This document shows positions 15,924-24,760 of a DNA stretch of 32,000 nt, piece after piece (the first letter of the stretch is position 1; every line of letters begins with the position of its first letter). The notes under the pieces were generated by a model. That model had not been told where the DNA came from, ran no database searches, and saw only the letters and a list, made by a program, of their open reading frames with translations. Source of the stretch: Nostoc sp. PCC 7120 = FACHB-418 (GTDB lineage Bacteria; Cyanobacteriota; Cyanobacteriia; Cyanobacteriales; Nostocaceae); NCBI RefSeq assembly GCF_000009705.1, contig NC_003240.1:154615-186614 (forward strand). Reading direction: 5' to 3'. A program made the position numbers and the translations under genes.

Positions 15924-18090
15924 CTTTAAAGTTATTTAAAAATTCTTCGACAACGTTTCTAAATTTCTTGTATGACCTACCATCTTGACGGGATAAATTG
16001 AATACTGCTTTGACAATTTCATCAAGTTGATAGCCTTTTTGATGCAAATTCATAATTGAGTTTCTTGCTTCTTCGTCAAGTTGCACCTTAAAACTAAAGC
16101 TGCCCTCAAAATCAGTCTTAGATTGCTTAGTTTTAGTAGCAGTAGTGGCTTTAAATTTACCATTATCATTACTACTACTCTCGTCATACAGACTAGCGAC
16201 AAATTCATCAAAATCTAACCCAGATTTCCATGCTGTATAAGGATCGTTCTGGTTTTTTGCTTCCAAGAGTAATTGCTGGAAGTATTCAGGGTCTTCATCG
16301 TCAGCAACATATAAAGCTTGGAGTCGTAAAACTTCAGTCGTCTTGTACAAGAAATCACCGTATCCCAGCAAATAAACCGCACGCTTGTCTTTATCGTCCC
16401 CAAGGATGATACAACTGTCTTCAGGGCGAGTTGTAACAAAGGCTGTCTTCGCTGGAAAGTTTGAACGAATCAACGGGTCTATCACGTTTTTGTCAGGTCG
16501 CTGGGTATATAACAATACATGAATCCCCGCACCACCAGCTTTTGCAAGCAACTTCATCAGCGCAGTCTCAATGCGATCGCAGTAGTTATCATCAGAAAGT
16601 AGGTCAAAACACTCGTCAATCAGACAAATCACTCGTGGCATGATGCAATCAGGTGCGAACCGTGAGTTGTACTGTGCGATCGTTTCAATACTGCTGTGGC
16701 GCTCAAATTCCTGGTAACGCAATTCCATTTCTTCGACCAAGTAATCGAGTAAGTTAGCGGTAGACTCTGCATCACGCGCAACTGGGGCAACAAGATGGGG
16801 AAGTCCATCAAATTTACCAAAGGTCACGCGCTTAACATCTGAAAGTGCCAATCGAACAACAGAAGGGGGATATCGTCGCACCAAATACAAGATTGCGGCT
16901 TTCTCAAACTGCGACTTTCCACCCCGCGTCCGCCCACCACCAAGGATATGAGTCACGTTATCGCTATAAAGGGGAATTTCAACATAAGTGCCATCAACAT
17001 CAACACCACCGGGGATAGACACCGAATAAATGTCAGGTTCGCCGTCAAAACTAAAGTAATCACGAAAATAAGCAAATTGTCTGTCTAACCTGGGTATGTC
17101 AAATACAACTCCCCCAGGCACTACACTCACCATTGGCGCAACTTTCAAGCCTAATTCTTCACCAAGCTGCTGTACTAAGTCATTACCGATGTCTTCTACT
17201 TTTTTATAACTAACACCTCGTTCTAGTTTTACCCTAATACGGTTAAAAGTAGGGCCATTTTTGGCATCAACATACTTAGCATTAATATTAAAATCTTCTA
17301 AAGTATCAACTAATAGTTTTCCTGCTTGTCCCATAGTTAAAATATTTGAGCTAACAATCCCATTATTAGCAATTTCACTATTTAAATATTTAGTTTCTTT
17401 TAAAATAATTGAGCCATCACCTGTCACTTTTAAATCTAGTGGTTTACCTGTGGCACGCGCAACAAGCACTGCCGTTCGACAGCAATAGTTTTTAATAAAT
17501 TTATCTTTAGATTGATTGGCTAAATCAGTAAAATAACTAATTGGTTTATTATTTAATAATAAATTATAAAGGTTCTCTTGAACTAATTCATACCCAATCT
17601 GCTTAAGATAAATATTTTTTATAGACTCAATATATTCAAATAAAGATTCAATTGGCGAACTACTAACTATCTCAATCATTTTTTGATACACGTTATTTTG
17701 CTCCCACTGTGATGGCATTCGATGGAGATGGATATATTCAAGTGCATAACGTACAAACTCGTACTGATTTAAAGTACAGTGTTCTGCACATATTGATAAT
17801 ATTTCATTATCGTTCGTACCTGCAATTACTGATTCGTATATTACCTGAAATAAAAATTCTAAGTTAAATTCAACAACTGGACGTGATAATTTTGCTCTAA
17901 AGTCAATCTGCTTTAAAACAGTTTCAGCATAAAAAACCATTGCGTCCGGTAAAGCTTCCTGTACATTCTCTATAATCTCTTCATTGCTCAAACCATCTTG
18001 TTTGGCCTGTACAATTGCAGTCCAAAGCTGTTGTTTTTGAAATTCAGTATTGTTGTTATTAATATACATTTCTAACATTACTTTTCTCAA
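15901..18090 (-). CDS. FtsK/SpoIIIE-family DNA translocase (no N-terminal TM segments evident)
   Basis: FtsK-alpha-like NAKYVDAKNGPTFNRIRVKLERGVSYKKV. Walker A GGGRTRGGKS (about 16910-16945). Walker B VICLIDECFDLL. Also GIHVLLYTQRPDKNVIDPLIRSNFPAKTAF. Confidence 0.92.
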   Translation of the reverse strand: MRKVMLEMYINNNNTEFQKQQLWTAIVQAKQDGLSNEEIIENVQEALPDAMVFYAETVLKQIDFRAKLSRPVVEFNLEFLFQVIYESVIAGTNDNEILSICAEHCTLNQYEFVRYALEYIHLHRMPSQWEQNNVYQKMIEIVSSSPIESLFEYIESIKNIYLKQIGYELVQENLYNLLLNNKPISYFTDLANQSKDKFIKNYCCRTAVLVARATGKPLDLKVTGDGSIILKETKYLNSEIANNGIVSSNILTMGQAGKLLVDTLEDFNINAKYVDAKNGPTFNRIRVKLERGVSYKKVEDIGNDLVQQLGEELGLKVAPMVSVVPGGVVFDIPRLDRQFAYFRDYFSFDGEPDIYSVSIPGGVDVDGTYVEIPLYSDNVTHILGGGRTRGGKSQFEKAAILYLVRRYPPSVVRLALSDVKRVTFGKFDGLPHLVAPVARDAESTANLLDYLVEEMELRYQEFERHSSIETIAQYNSRFAPDCIMPRVICLIDECFDLLSDDNYCDRIETALMKLLAKAGGAGIHVLLYTQRPDKNVIDPLIRSNFPAKTAFVTTRPEDSCIILGDDKDKRAVYLLGYGDFLYKTTEVLRLQALYVADDEDPEYFQQLLLEAKNQNDPYTAWKSGLDFDEFVASLYDESSSNDNGKFKATTATKTKQSKTDFEGSFSFKVQLDEEARNSIMNLHQKGYQLDEIVKAVFNLSRQDGRSYKKFRNVVEEFLNNFKGGGEDDI

Positions 18091-18755
18091 TTATTAGAAT
18101 GATAAAATTGAGTTAAGGACTAAAAAATTCACTATGAAAAATTGGAATAAGTGGAATGCAGAAGAAGAAAAACTTCTTGCTAGATTAGTTACAAAATGCT
18201 CAAATATTGATGAAATACATCAGGAATATTTTCCATATAGAAGTAGACAATCAGTAAAAGGAAAACTGAGGTTACTAGGATTAACACTTGAACCACAATG
18301 GACTGTCGAGGAAGAAGAAATATTACATGAACTTTACTCTGAGCTATCACCAAAGATGATACAATCTCAGTTCATGCCTCATAGAACTCTTCCCGCAATT
18401 CACGCTAAAGCACAAAGGCTTAACCTAAAACAACGCCATAGATGGACAAAAGATGAAATACGATACCTCAAAGATAACTATTTAACTGAAACTTATGAGG
18501 TCATAGGAAAAAAATTAGGTAGAGACGAAGCAGGGGTAAGAGCGAAAGCTCAAGCAATGAAATTAAGAAAACTTGAGTCGTACACAGTTAATCATAATTA
18601 TTTTAGCACTCCAAATTTAGAAAATTGCTATTGGGCAGGATTTTTAGCAGCTGATGGATGCATAAATTATTCAAGTCATGGTTATATTCTAGAAGTTGGA
18701 CTACAGGAACAAGATTTAGAGCATTTAAAAACATTAAAGGATTTACTTGAATGCG

Positions 18756-18764
18756 ATCATCAAA
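18756..18764. repeat. target-site duplication (left copy)
   Basis: atcatcaaa immediately outside the left IR. Confidence 0.9.
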
Positions 18765-18782
18765 GGGAGCATCTCACTTTTT
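18765..18782. repeat. IS terminal inverted repeat (left)
   Basis: gggagcatctcacttttt. Confidence 0.9.
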
Positions 18783-18790
18783 AAAGTGGC

Positions 18791-19857
18791 TCAAACAAAC
18801 AATAATCCATTGAGGTAAGCACAGCGATGAGCCAGAACTTGAGGCACATTTTCTCGTTTCCATTGCGCCCCAGAAATCTTTGTTCGACGGTCAATCTGTT
18901 TAACGGCAGATTCAACAGACCCAGAACCAATGGAACAAATTTCTTCAGCTTGATGATATTCGTAGTTGATGATGCGATGACGATGCTTATCGAGATAACG
19001 ACAAAAGTTTTGTACTTGTTTACCCTGACAACCAGTAAATAAGGCTTTAGCTTCTTCGACTTGACCTTTCCATAGTAAGGCTTGTGCCTGTTTCAAGCGT
19101 TTTTGTGAACCCCCAATTTTGTGAAGGTTTTCTATCAAATGAAACCAATCAAGTACTTCTCGACGTTGTACATCAGGTGCTAATTGGTCAATAATATTCC
19201 AAATGCCGTCATGCCCATCACCAATACAAGTGACTGTACTAGCCAGTAGTTGGTCATTCACCCAATCAATCACAACCTGATTATCTTGAAAGGACGTTCC
19301 AACAGTTTTGAGATGATGTAAGCTAATCGCTTTATAGCCAAGCCACGCACATACTTCTCCTGATTGAGTCCGAATGCGGATATTTCCACCATCAACACTT
19401 AATTCTTCAACTGTATGTTCTTGTGTTGGTAATTCAAATTTCTGACGATGTACCAATCTCTGTTGACTGCTGCGGGAGATATATACACCCGTAAAATACT
19501 CGATATCTGATGCCGCATCTTCATAGCTGACATTCGCGCTCACCCGTAAACAACAAGTTTCTAGATATGGACTCAGTTGGCTACTTGGCTCGACTTCTAG
19601 CTCAATAGCTTGCTTGCTCGTTATTGGTAACTCTCCCAGGATACTTTTGAGTCGTCGTTGGTATCCTGCGGTGGTTCCTGTAACTGCTTCGACAAAAAAA
19701 CCCCTACTTCTGGCATTACATGCTTCTGCATTTGATTCCGCACTGCTTGTTCAATTCCTGCAAGGCTCGTTAGCCTTTCTGGTGACGTGTCTTCGTACAA
19801 TATTTTAGCTATCGCTTTGACATGTTCTTGAAGAGCTTGCTTTTGTTCTGGAGTCAT
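18791..19857 (-). CDS. IS transposase in two overlapping frames (orfA 19621..19857; orfB frame open from at least 19738 to 18791), probably joined by a -1 frameshift
   Basis: DDE-like blocks LSVDGGNIRIR, TCIGDGHDGIWN and LDWFHLIENL. Slippery T TTT TTG lies in the orfA zero frame at 19693-19699 (minus strand). Confidence 0.8.
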
Positions 19858-19912
19858 CGTTAAGTAAATACACTCATCTTACTTATCCTGACTGATTTTT
19901 AACCTCTTTGCA

Positions 19913-19930
19913 AAAAAGTGAGATGCTCCC
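19913..19930. repeat. IS terminal inverted repeat (right)
   Basis: aaaaagtgagatgctccc is the exact reverse complement of 18765-18782. Confidence 0.9.
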
Positions 19931-19939
19931 ATCATCAAA
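19931..19939. repeat. target-site duplication (right copy)
   Basis: atcatcaaa immediately outside the right IR. Confidence 0.9.
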
Positions 19940-20426
19940 TAGCCGAAATGCATAACTCTAATCAAAAACATCAATATCCATTTGGGAAAACCTACACTAA
20001 TGGTAAAGCCTTTAGATTGAGAATAAATAGTAAACAAATATGTGATGATTTAATTGGCAGATTTAATATTACACCAAATAAATCTTTGACTCTTGAACCT
20101 CCTGTTCTAGATAATGAGCAATTGATAAAAGCATTCATTATCGGATTAATAGATGGGGATGGTGGCGTAAACTTATTCAAAGTCAAAGGAAAAGTTAATA
20201 GCATAGAAATAGACCTCACAGGAACAATAGAAGTACTCAATTGGGTAAAAAACTGGTTTGATATTTGGGTTCCTAATAATCACTACAAATGTGCTAAACC
20301 CAAACAAAGCATGAATTCAAAAGCTTATCGATATCATGTAGCAGGAAAACGAGGAATAGAATTATGGAAAATACTATCTCAAGTTAATGTACCTAAGTTA
20401 AAACGTAAATGGCACAAACCTTTACC

Positions 20427-21263
20427 CTATTTTTGACTTCCATAAACTACCAACATTTTTTGATAATAATTACGTAACTCTTCTAAAGATTTTGGGTTTT
20501 GATTGTACGAGTTGCAAATAAGACTGGCCCATACCCTACCTACTTTGCATACAGCAGTATCAAACCTTCCTGCTTCAATGTCACTTAAAGCATTATTACG
20601 ACGAATATATTCAATTGCCATCTTGTCCTGAGAAGCTGGACTAAAATCTTTTAAGTTTAACTTTGGTTGAAGGTCATACCAACTTATATCCAACATTTGA
20701 TAAGCACCAGCCGCAGTCGAACAAACATTTTTACTATTAATAGGAGCGCACTGTTTCTTTAACGGGTGTGTAGAAAAATCATTAAAAGTTCCGTTAAATA
20801 CTAACTTGCGATAACTTTCTGGCTCACTGGTTCCTGTTTCTGCCCAACGAATTGTTGCTAAAAAAGCACTCAAACGTGGTGAATAAAGATGTGGTAAGTA
20901 ATCTCTTGCACTAACTCTTCTTTTTAAACTATTTGACGACAATGAATAAACACCAGTACCTTGAGAAATTGAGAAATAAATGCCTAAAGTAATTAAGGAA
21001 GCAGTTGACAAATGAATGGGTTGAAACCGGGATATAAATTGACGACGAGGACTGAAAATCAATCCTACTAAACCACCAACAATAAACCCAAATTTCCAAC
21101 TATCAACTGCCTTACCGAAACTACGCACTTGACAGACAGTATCCGCACCCTTTGATACCAATCCACATGGCAGTGAAGCTACTCCATAGGAAAATGCAAC
21201 AGAGCAGGCTGCACCAACTACACCTGATATAAAAATCGGTACAATTTGCATTGCTCTTGCCAA
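20427..21263 (-). CDS. membrane-anchored lambda-R-like lytic transglycosylase (GH104 lysozyme-like)
   Basis: AFLATIRWAETGT, FNDFSTHPLKK and STAAGAYQMLDISWYDLQPKLNLKDFSPASQDKMAIEYI...VWASL align closely by eye with phage lambda R. The N-terminal ~110 aa is hydrophobic. An ATG lies at 21251. Confidence 0.9.
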   Translation of the reverse strand: MARAMQIVPIFISGVVGAACSVAFSYGVASLPCGLVSKGADTVCQVRSFGKAVDSWKFGFIVGGLVGLIFSPRRQFISRFQPIHLSTASLITLGIYFSISQGTGVYSLSSNSLKRRVSARDYLPHLYSPRLSAFLATIRWAETGTSEPESYRKLVFNGTFNDFSTHPLKKQCAPINSKNVCSTAAGAYQMLDISWYDLQPKLNLKDFSPASQDKMAIEYIRRNNALSDIEAGRFDTAVCKVGRVWASLICNSYNQNPKSLEELRNYYQKMLVVYGSQK

Positions 21264-21277
21264 TAGCTAAATAACTT

Positions 21278-21976
21278 TCAACGGTTTGCTAAATATTCGT
21301 GTAAATAAGGACGAGGGTTCTGCGCTACACCATTAATCTGAACTTCAAAATGTAAATGTGGCCCTGTCGAAAACCCCGTACTACCTACTGCTGCAATCAT
21401 CTGCCCACGGACAACTTGTTGTCCCTGCTGTACATACAGCTGACTGGCATGACCATAGAGAGTAGATAAACTTCCCTGATGCTGAATAATAACTGCTTTG
21501 CCATAACCATCCTTGTCACCCGCAAAAACCACTCGGCCAGCATCAACTGCATAAATTGGAGTACCCTTGGCTGCGCCAAAATCAATTCCTCTGTGAAACT
21601 TGCGATCGCCTGTAATGGGGTGTGTCCGCCAACCAAATTCACTAGTTACAGGAGTACCAGCCGCAGTTGGAAAGGCAATTCGACCGTTATTTAAAACCTT
21701 ATTACTAACAACAGTTCTAGGTAGTATTAGATTCTGGAGAGATTTAACTAACAATTGAGATTCAATCCATCCAGAAACCTGGGGAATGACCATAGCTGCA
21801 ATTACAACTGAGGTGGCGATCGCATATCTCCAACTTTCACTGGAATTAGTATCGGCTGTCTCATCCAAACTAGTTACAGTCGAATTACTAACCTCCTTTT
21901 TACCGTCAGTTTCAAGGATTATTCGCATTGCCTCAACGCCTTTTTGCATTAGCAGGAGAAACCTGCCAACAACCAA
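21278..21976 (-). CDS. M23-family metallopeptidase (peptidoglycan endopeptidase)
   Basis: HRGIDFGAAKGTPIYAVDAGRVVF and GSTGFSTGPHLHFEV. The likely true start is the ATG at 21928, 4 nt after the upstream stop (21933-21935). Confidence 0.9.
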   Translation of the reverse strand: MVVGRFLLLMQKGVEAMRIILETDGKKEVSNSTVTSLDETADTNSSESWRYAIATSVVIAAMVIPQVSGWIESQLLVKSLQNLILPRTVVSNKVLNNGRIAFPTAAGTPVTSEFGWRTHPITGDRKFHRGIDFGAAKGTPIYAVDAGRVVFAGDKDGYGKAVIIQHQGSLSTLYGHASQLYVQQGQQVVRGQMIAAVGSTGFSTGPHLHFEVQINGVAQNPRPYLHEYLANR

Positions 21977-22274
21977 TCTTTGCAGTACTCAATACTTCCT
22001 CAAAATCATTCTGAGCTACACGGCAATCGGGAGAATTTAGGCCATCTCCGGATGTTGCAGATTCCTTAACTTTAGGGGAATAGTGCGTAGAGACAGGATT
22101 AGAAGATATATTCACGCTAGGTGCAGCAGTAGAAACAGCAGTCGGCGATAAAAATTGCAGCTTTTGTACCAATGCCACAGCATTACGCCAGTTATAAAAC
22201 TGCAAATATCCTGGTTGCAAAATATCTGCAATCCATACCAACAGTACGAACCAAAAAATTGCCTTTACCCACAT
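21933..22274 (-). CDS. hypothetical membrane-anchored protein
   Basis: 113 aa with N-terminal TM AIFWFVLLVWIADIL. The start overlaps the upstream stop as TAATG (22272-22276). Confidence 0.55.
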   Translation of the reverse strand: MWVKAIFWFVLLVWIADILQPGYLQFYNWRNAVALVQKLQFLSPTAVSTAAPSVNISSNPVSTHYSPKVKESATSGDGLNSPDCRVAQNDFEEVLSTAKIGCWQVSPANAKRR

Positions 22275-22762
22275 TATTCCAATTGTTTAACCACAGGCAG
22301 GGCAAAAGAAGGAACTTCTTTGGGTACAACTTCAATCTTCTTCCCAGATGCATATCCTGGCCCGGTATAACTGCCATTAAGGAGAAAATTCAAGAGCATT
22401 ATTAACAACCACACTCCCACAGCAGCGACACCCACAGGAGATTTAATTACATCAGATAAAAAATATACTGGATACCAGCCAAATCTCCAGGGATTCTGCG
22501 GGTGTAGCCGATGTGCTTTCCAAGTCTCAATATAGGGAATTTCTATCTGAGGAACTCTCGGCTTATAGGCAGTAGGCGCATTAATATACCTAACTTCTAC
22601 GGGTTGAGTATCATAAGTGGTCATAGGAGAAACGCTAGGTTGGTGATTTACCATTCCTCCTTGCTGTACCTGCTGCAACATATTTTGCAACCGATTGGCA
22701 GGCACAATTGCTCCACCTTCAGAATAATCAACATCAAAATTACGGCGTTGATTTCTACTCAT
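22274..22762 (-). CDS. hypothetical membrane protein
   Basis: 162 aa with TM VGVAAVGVWLLIMLLNFLL near the C-terminus. In-operon position. Confidence 0.6.
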   Translation of the reverse strand: MSRNQRRNFDVDYSEGGAIVPANRLQNMLQQVQQGGMVNHQPSVSPMTTYDTQPVEVRYINAPTAYKPRVPQIEIPYIETWKAHRLHPQNPWRFGWYPVYFLSDVIKSPVGVAAVGVWLLIMLLNFLLNGSYTGPGYASGKKIEVVPKEVPSFALPVVKQLE

Positions 22763-22788
22763 AATATGACCTCAAATTAATTAACTAA

Positions 22789-23355
22789 CTAGCTGGCGGG
22801 TTTATTATTTATTTGGGAGTTAGTATCTTCCCAGAAATCTTCCTCTTGAAGTTGGGCGTAAAACTCTTCTGGAGATAACATTCCAGTTTGGTTTTGTACT
22901 CCATCTTCAACAACCTGATTACCATCTACTCGCCCTAATCCAGAAACAGCAGAACGAGGAGAAAATTGAACGACATTTTTAGCAGAAAACTCGTTATTAA
23001 ATCTCATCCCATGAGGCGCAACTGGGGGGATTAAAGAAGGCTGAATATCAGTATTAGAAACACCAACATTAAGTTGTTGATTGCCAGAATTTCCCAAGTT
23101 ATCAGAAACTTCATCTGTTTCTTCAACTGCATTGTTATAGTCAGAAATTCCCCAACCCAAAAAACAAGCAAATCCAGCCATAAATATAACTGCACTCATC
23201 CAATGCACTCCTGAATTGGGAGATGGCATCATTTCAACCGTTGTGCGAGTTGAACCTTCCAGGGTAGTACGAATAGGGGTACGTTTGACTGCCGCTACAA
23301 CATTGAGCGAACACAAAGCTATGCAAATTATCGCAGCAGCAAACTTAACATACAT
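22789..23355 (-). CDS. hypothetical secreted/membrane protein
   Basis: Signal-like N-terminus MYVKFAAAIICIALCSLNVVAAV and a second TM AVIFMAGFACFLGWGI. GGGGAG lies upstream of the ATG. Confidence 0.65.
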   Translation of the reverse strand: MYVKFAAAIICIALCSLNVVAAVKRTPIRTTLEGSTRTTVEMMPSPNSGVHWMSAVIFMAGFACFLGWGISDYNNAVEETDEVSDNLGNSGNQQLNVGVSNTDIQPSLIPPVAPHGMRFNNEFSAKNVVQFSPRSAVSGLGRVDGNQVVEDGVQNQTGMLSPEEFYAQLQEEDFWEDTNSQINNKPAS

Positions 23356-23359
23356 GACA

Positions 23360-24202
23360 TCACTCCCCTGATTTATTAACAGGTTTTCTATTAGAAATTG
23401 GCTGGGGTAATTGCTTCTTCATTTGTTGGAGATATATTCGCCTTTCCTCCTCCTTCTGGCGTATTTTCTCGCGGATGTCTGCCACCTGTGCCATCTGCTC
23501 TACTGGATCTAAATACCCCCGCGCCCGTAATAACTGCGCCTGTGCAAGAGAGTATGGTTCTTGAGCATTCCTAATCTGAATTAGCATTTGATTGAGATCG
23601 ACTGATGGTTGAGATTCCAAATTCTGGGCGTAATCAATCGCCTCTAATTTACCCAAGATCAAAACAGCAGCAGCCCCGGTTGGTAACTTCTCCTCAACTT
23701 TCGTACCATCGGTTTTGCGGTATCCCCAATAAAAAGTATTATTTCCAGAAGCCGCTTCTAGTAAAACATCCAGCGAGTTGAATTTAACTATCTCCAGTGC
23801 CGGCATATAGTGAAGGCGGTAAAACCCAGATTTCTCATTAGCCTGCATTCTGGATATTTCACCCCGCAGTTGCTGTCCCCACAATGCCGCCGCTAACTGT
23901 CGCCAGCCTGTAAGAGTAGGGGCACCTTCTACTGAGGAGTAACTGGACAGATGGTCTATATTGTAGTCAGTACGGGAAAGTTTTTCTAAGTACACTTCTC
24001 GAATTTGGGCAACTTGCGCCTTTACTTGCTGTACCTCCGATATCTGATTACCTGGAATTTGTTGCTTCCATCCCACCATTAATGCAACCGCCCCAATAAC
24101 AGACAGCGCACTAACAGTCGAACAAACCGTCCACAAAGTGACATTTACCTTTTGTCTTCTTCGACTTGGTTGTTTATTTCGGACAGGTGTAGGAGTAAAC
24201 AT
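23360..24202 (-). CDS. hypothetical membrane-anchored protein
   Basis: 280 aa with a basic N-terminus and then TM LWTVCSTVSALSVIGAVALMVGW. GAGGGG lies upstream of the ATG. Confidence 0.7.
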   Translation of the reverse strand: MFTPTPVRNKQPSRRRQKVNVTLWTVCSTVSALSVIGAVALMVGWKQQIPGNQISEVQQVKAQVAQIREVYLEKLSRTDYNIDHLSSYSSVEGAPTLTGWRQLAAALWGQQLRGEISRMQANEKSGFYRLHYMPALEIVKFNSLDVLLEAASGNNTFYWGYRKTDGTKVEEKLPTGAAAVLILGKLEAIDYAQNLESQPSVDLNQMLIQIRNAQEPYSLAQAQLLRARGYLDPVEQMAQVADIREKIRQKEEERRIYLQQMKKQLPQPISNRKPVNKSGE

Positions 24203-24212
24203 AATTTACCCC

Positions 24213-24431
24213 TCACGTATTATCAACAACCAACTGCAACTGAGGGCGCTTGTTTAACTCGCGTGCGATCGCAATTCCCGCACCACCCACAACTATCCCA
24301 GTAAGTAGCAGCAGAGGATGCAAGGCAAGCGTGGCCCCCACTCCCAATAGCTGTCCTACTATCCCAGAAACACCCAAGTTCATTAACAAACCACCCGCAG
24401 TGTTAACCAAAAAGTCAAATGCTGCACTCAT
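24213..24431 (-). CDS. small Gly-rich two-TM membrane protein
   Basis: 72 aa: LLMNLGVSGIVGQLLGVGATLALHPLLLLTGIVVGGAGIAIA. Confidence 0.55.
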   Translation of the reverse strand: MSAAFDFLVNTAGGLLMNLGVSGIVGQLLGVGATLALHPLLLLTGIVVGGAGIAIARELNKRPQLQLVVDNT

Positions 24432-24491
24432 ACCTGCTCCCTGGCAATAATGCGACTAAAATCAGTAATTGCCTTGATTTTGAAAAGTTGA

Positions 24492-24752
24492 TTAGGTTTT
24501 TTGTTCGTCCCTAGTAAACCAAATTATTACTAGTGACAAAATTAAACCAACTAATTCACCTATACCCACACCAATCAAAATTGGCTGAATACTCGGAATT
24601 TCCTGCCTCTCTTGTGTTGGGGGAACCGCTACCCATGTCCCAACCACAGTACCAGCTACTACCGAAAGTAAATTTATACCAACTGCTTGGGTAGATGTTT
24701 TTCTCAAATTAAGTAAACTCTCATCCCGTATTCGATAGCAGATGGGTAACAT
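24492..24752 (-). CDS. small two-TM membrane protein
   Basis: 86 aa: LLSVVAGTVVGTWVAV and ILIGVGIGELVGLILSLVIIWF. Confidence 0.55.
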   Translation of the reverse strand: MLPICYRIRDESLLNLRKTSTQAVGINLLSVVAGTVVGTWVAVPPTQERQEIPSIQPILIGVGIGELVGLILSLVIIWFTRDEQKT

Positions 24753-24760
24753 CTGAGCTA

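Larger units (their letters stand above)
18765..19930 (-). mobile_element. 1166-bp insertion sequence (GGG-ended inverted repeats, 9-bp target duplication; ISKra4-family-like by recollection)
   Basis: 18-bp perfect terminal inverted repeats, flanking ATCATCAAA direct repeats, and an internal DDE-type transposase. Confidence 0.9.
18134..20436 (+). pseudogene. IS-disrupted double-motif LAGLIDADG homing-endonuclease-like gene with three N-terminal Myb/SANT-like repeats
   Basis: Repeats are WNAEEEKLLARLV, WTVEEEEILHELY and WTKDEIRYLKDNY. LAGLIDADG motifs are YWAGFLAADGC (about 18626-18661) and FIIGLIDGDGG (about 20134-20166). Removing 18765-19939 restores one 375-codon frame. Confidence 0.85.

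Noticed and set aside
20427-21976. The M23 peptidase plus lambda-R-like lysozyme considered as a prophage lysis cassette.
   Set aside because: No holin/spanin arrangement and no capsid, tail, portal or terminase genes appear anywhere in the window. The two genes are the distal members of a long operon of membrane proteins, which fits a transfer-machine role better.
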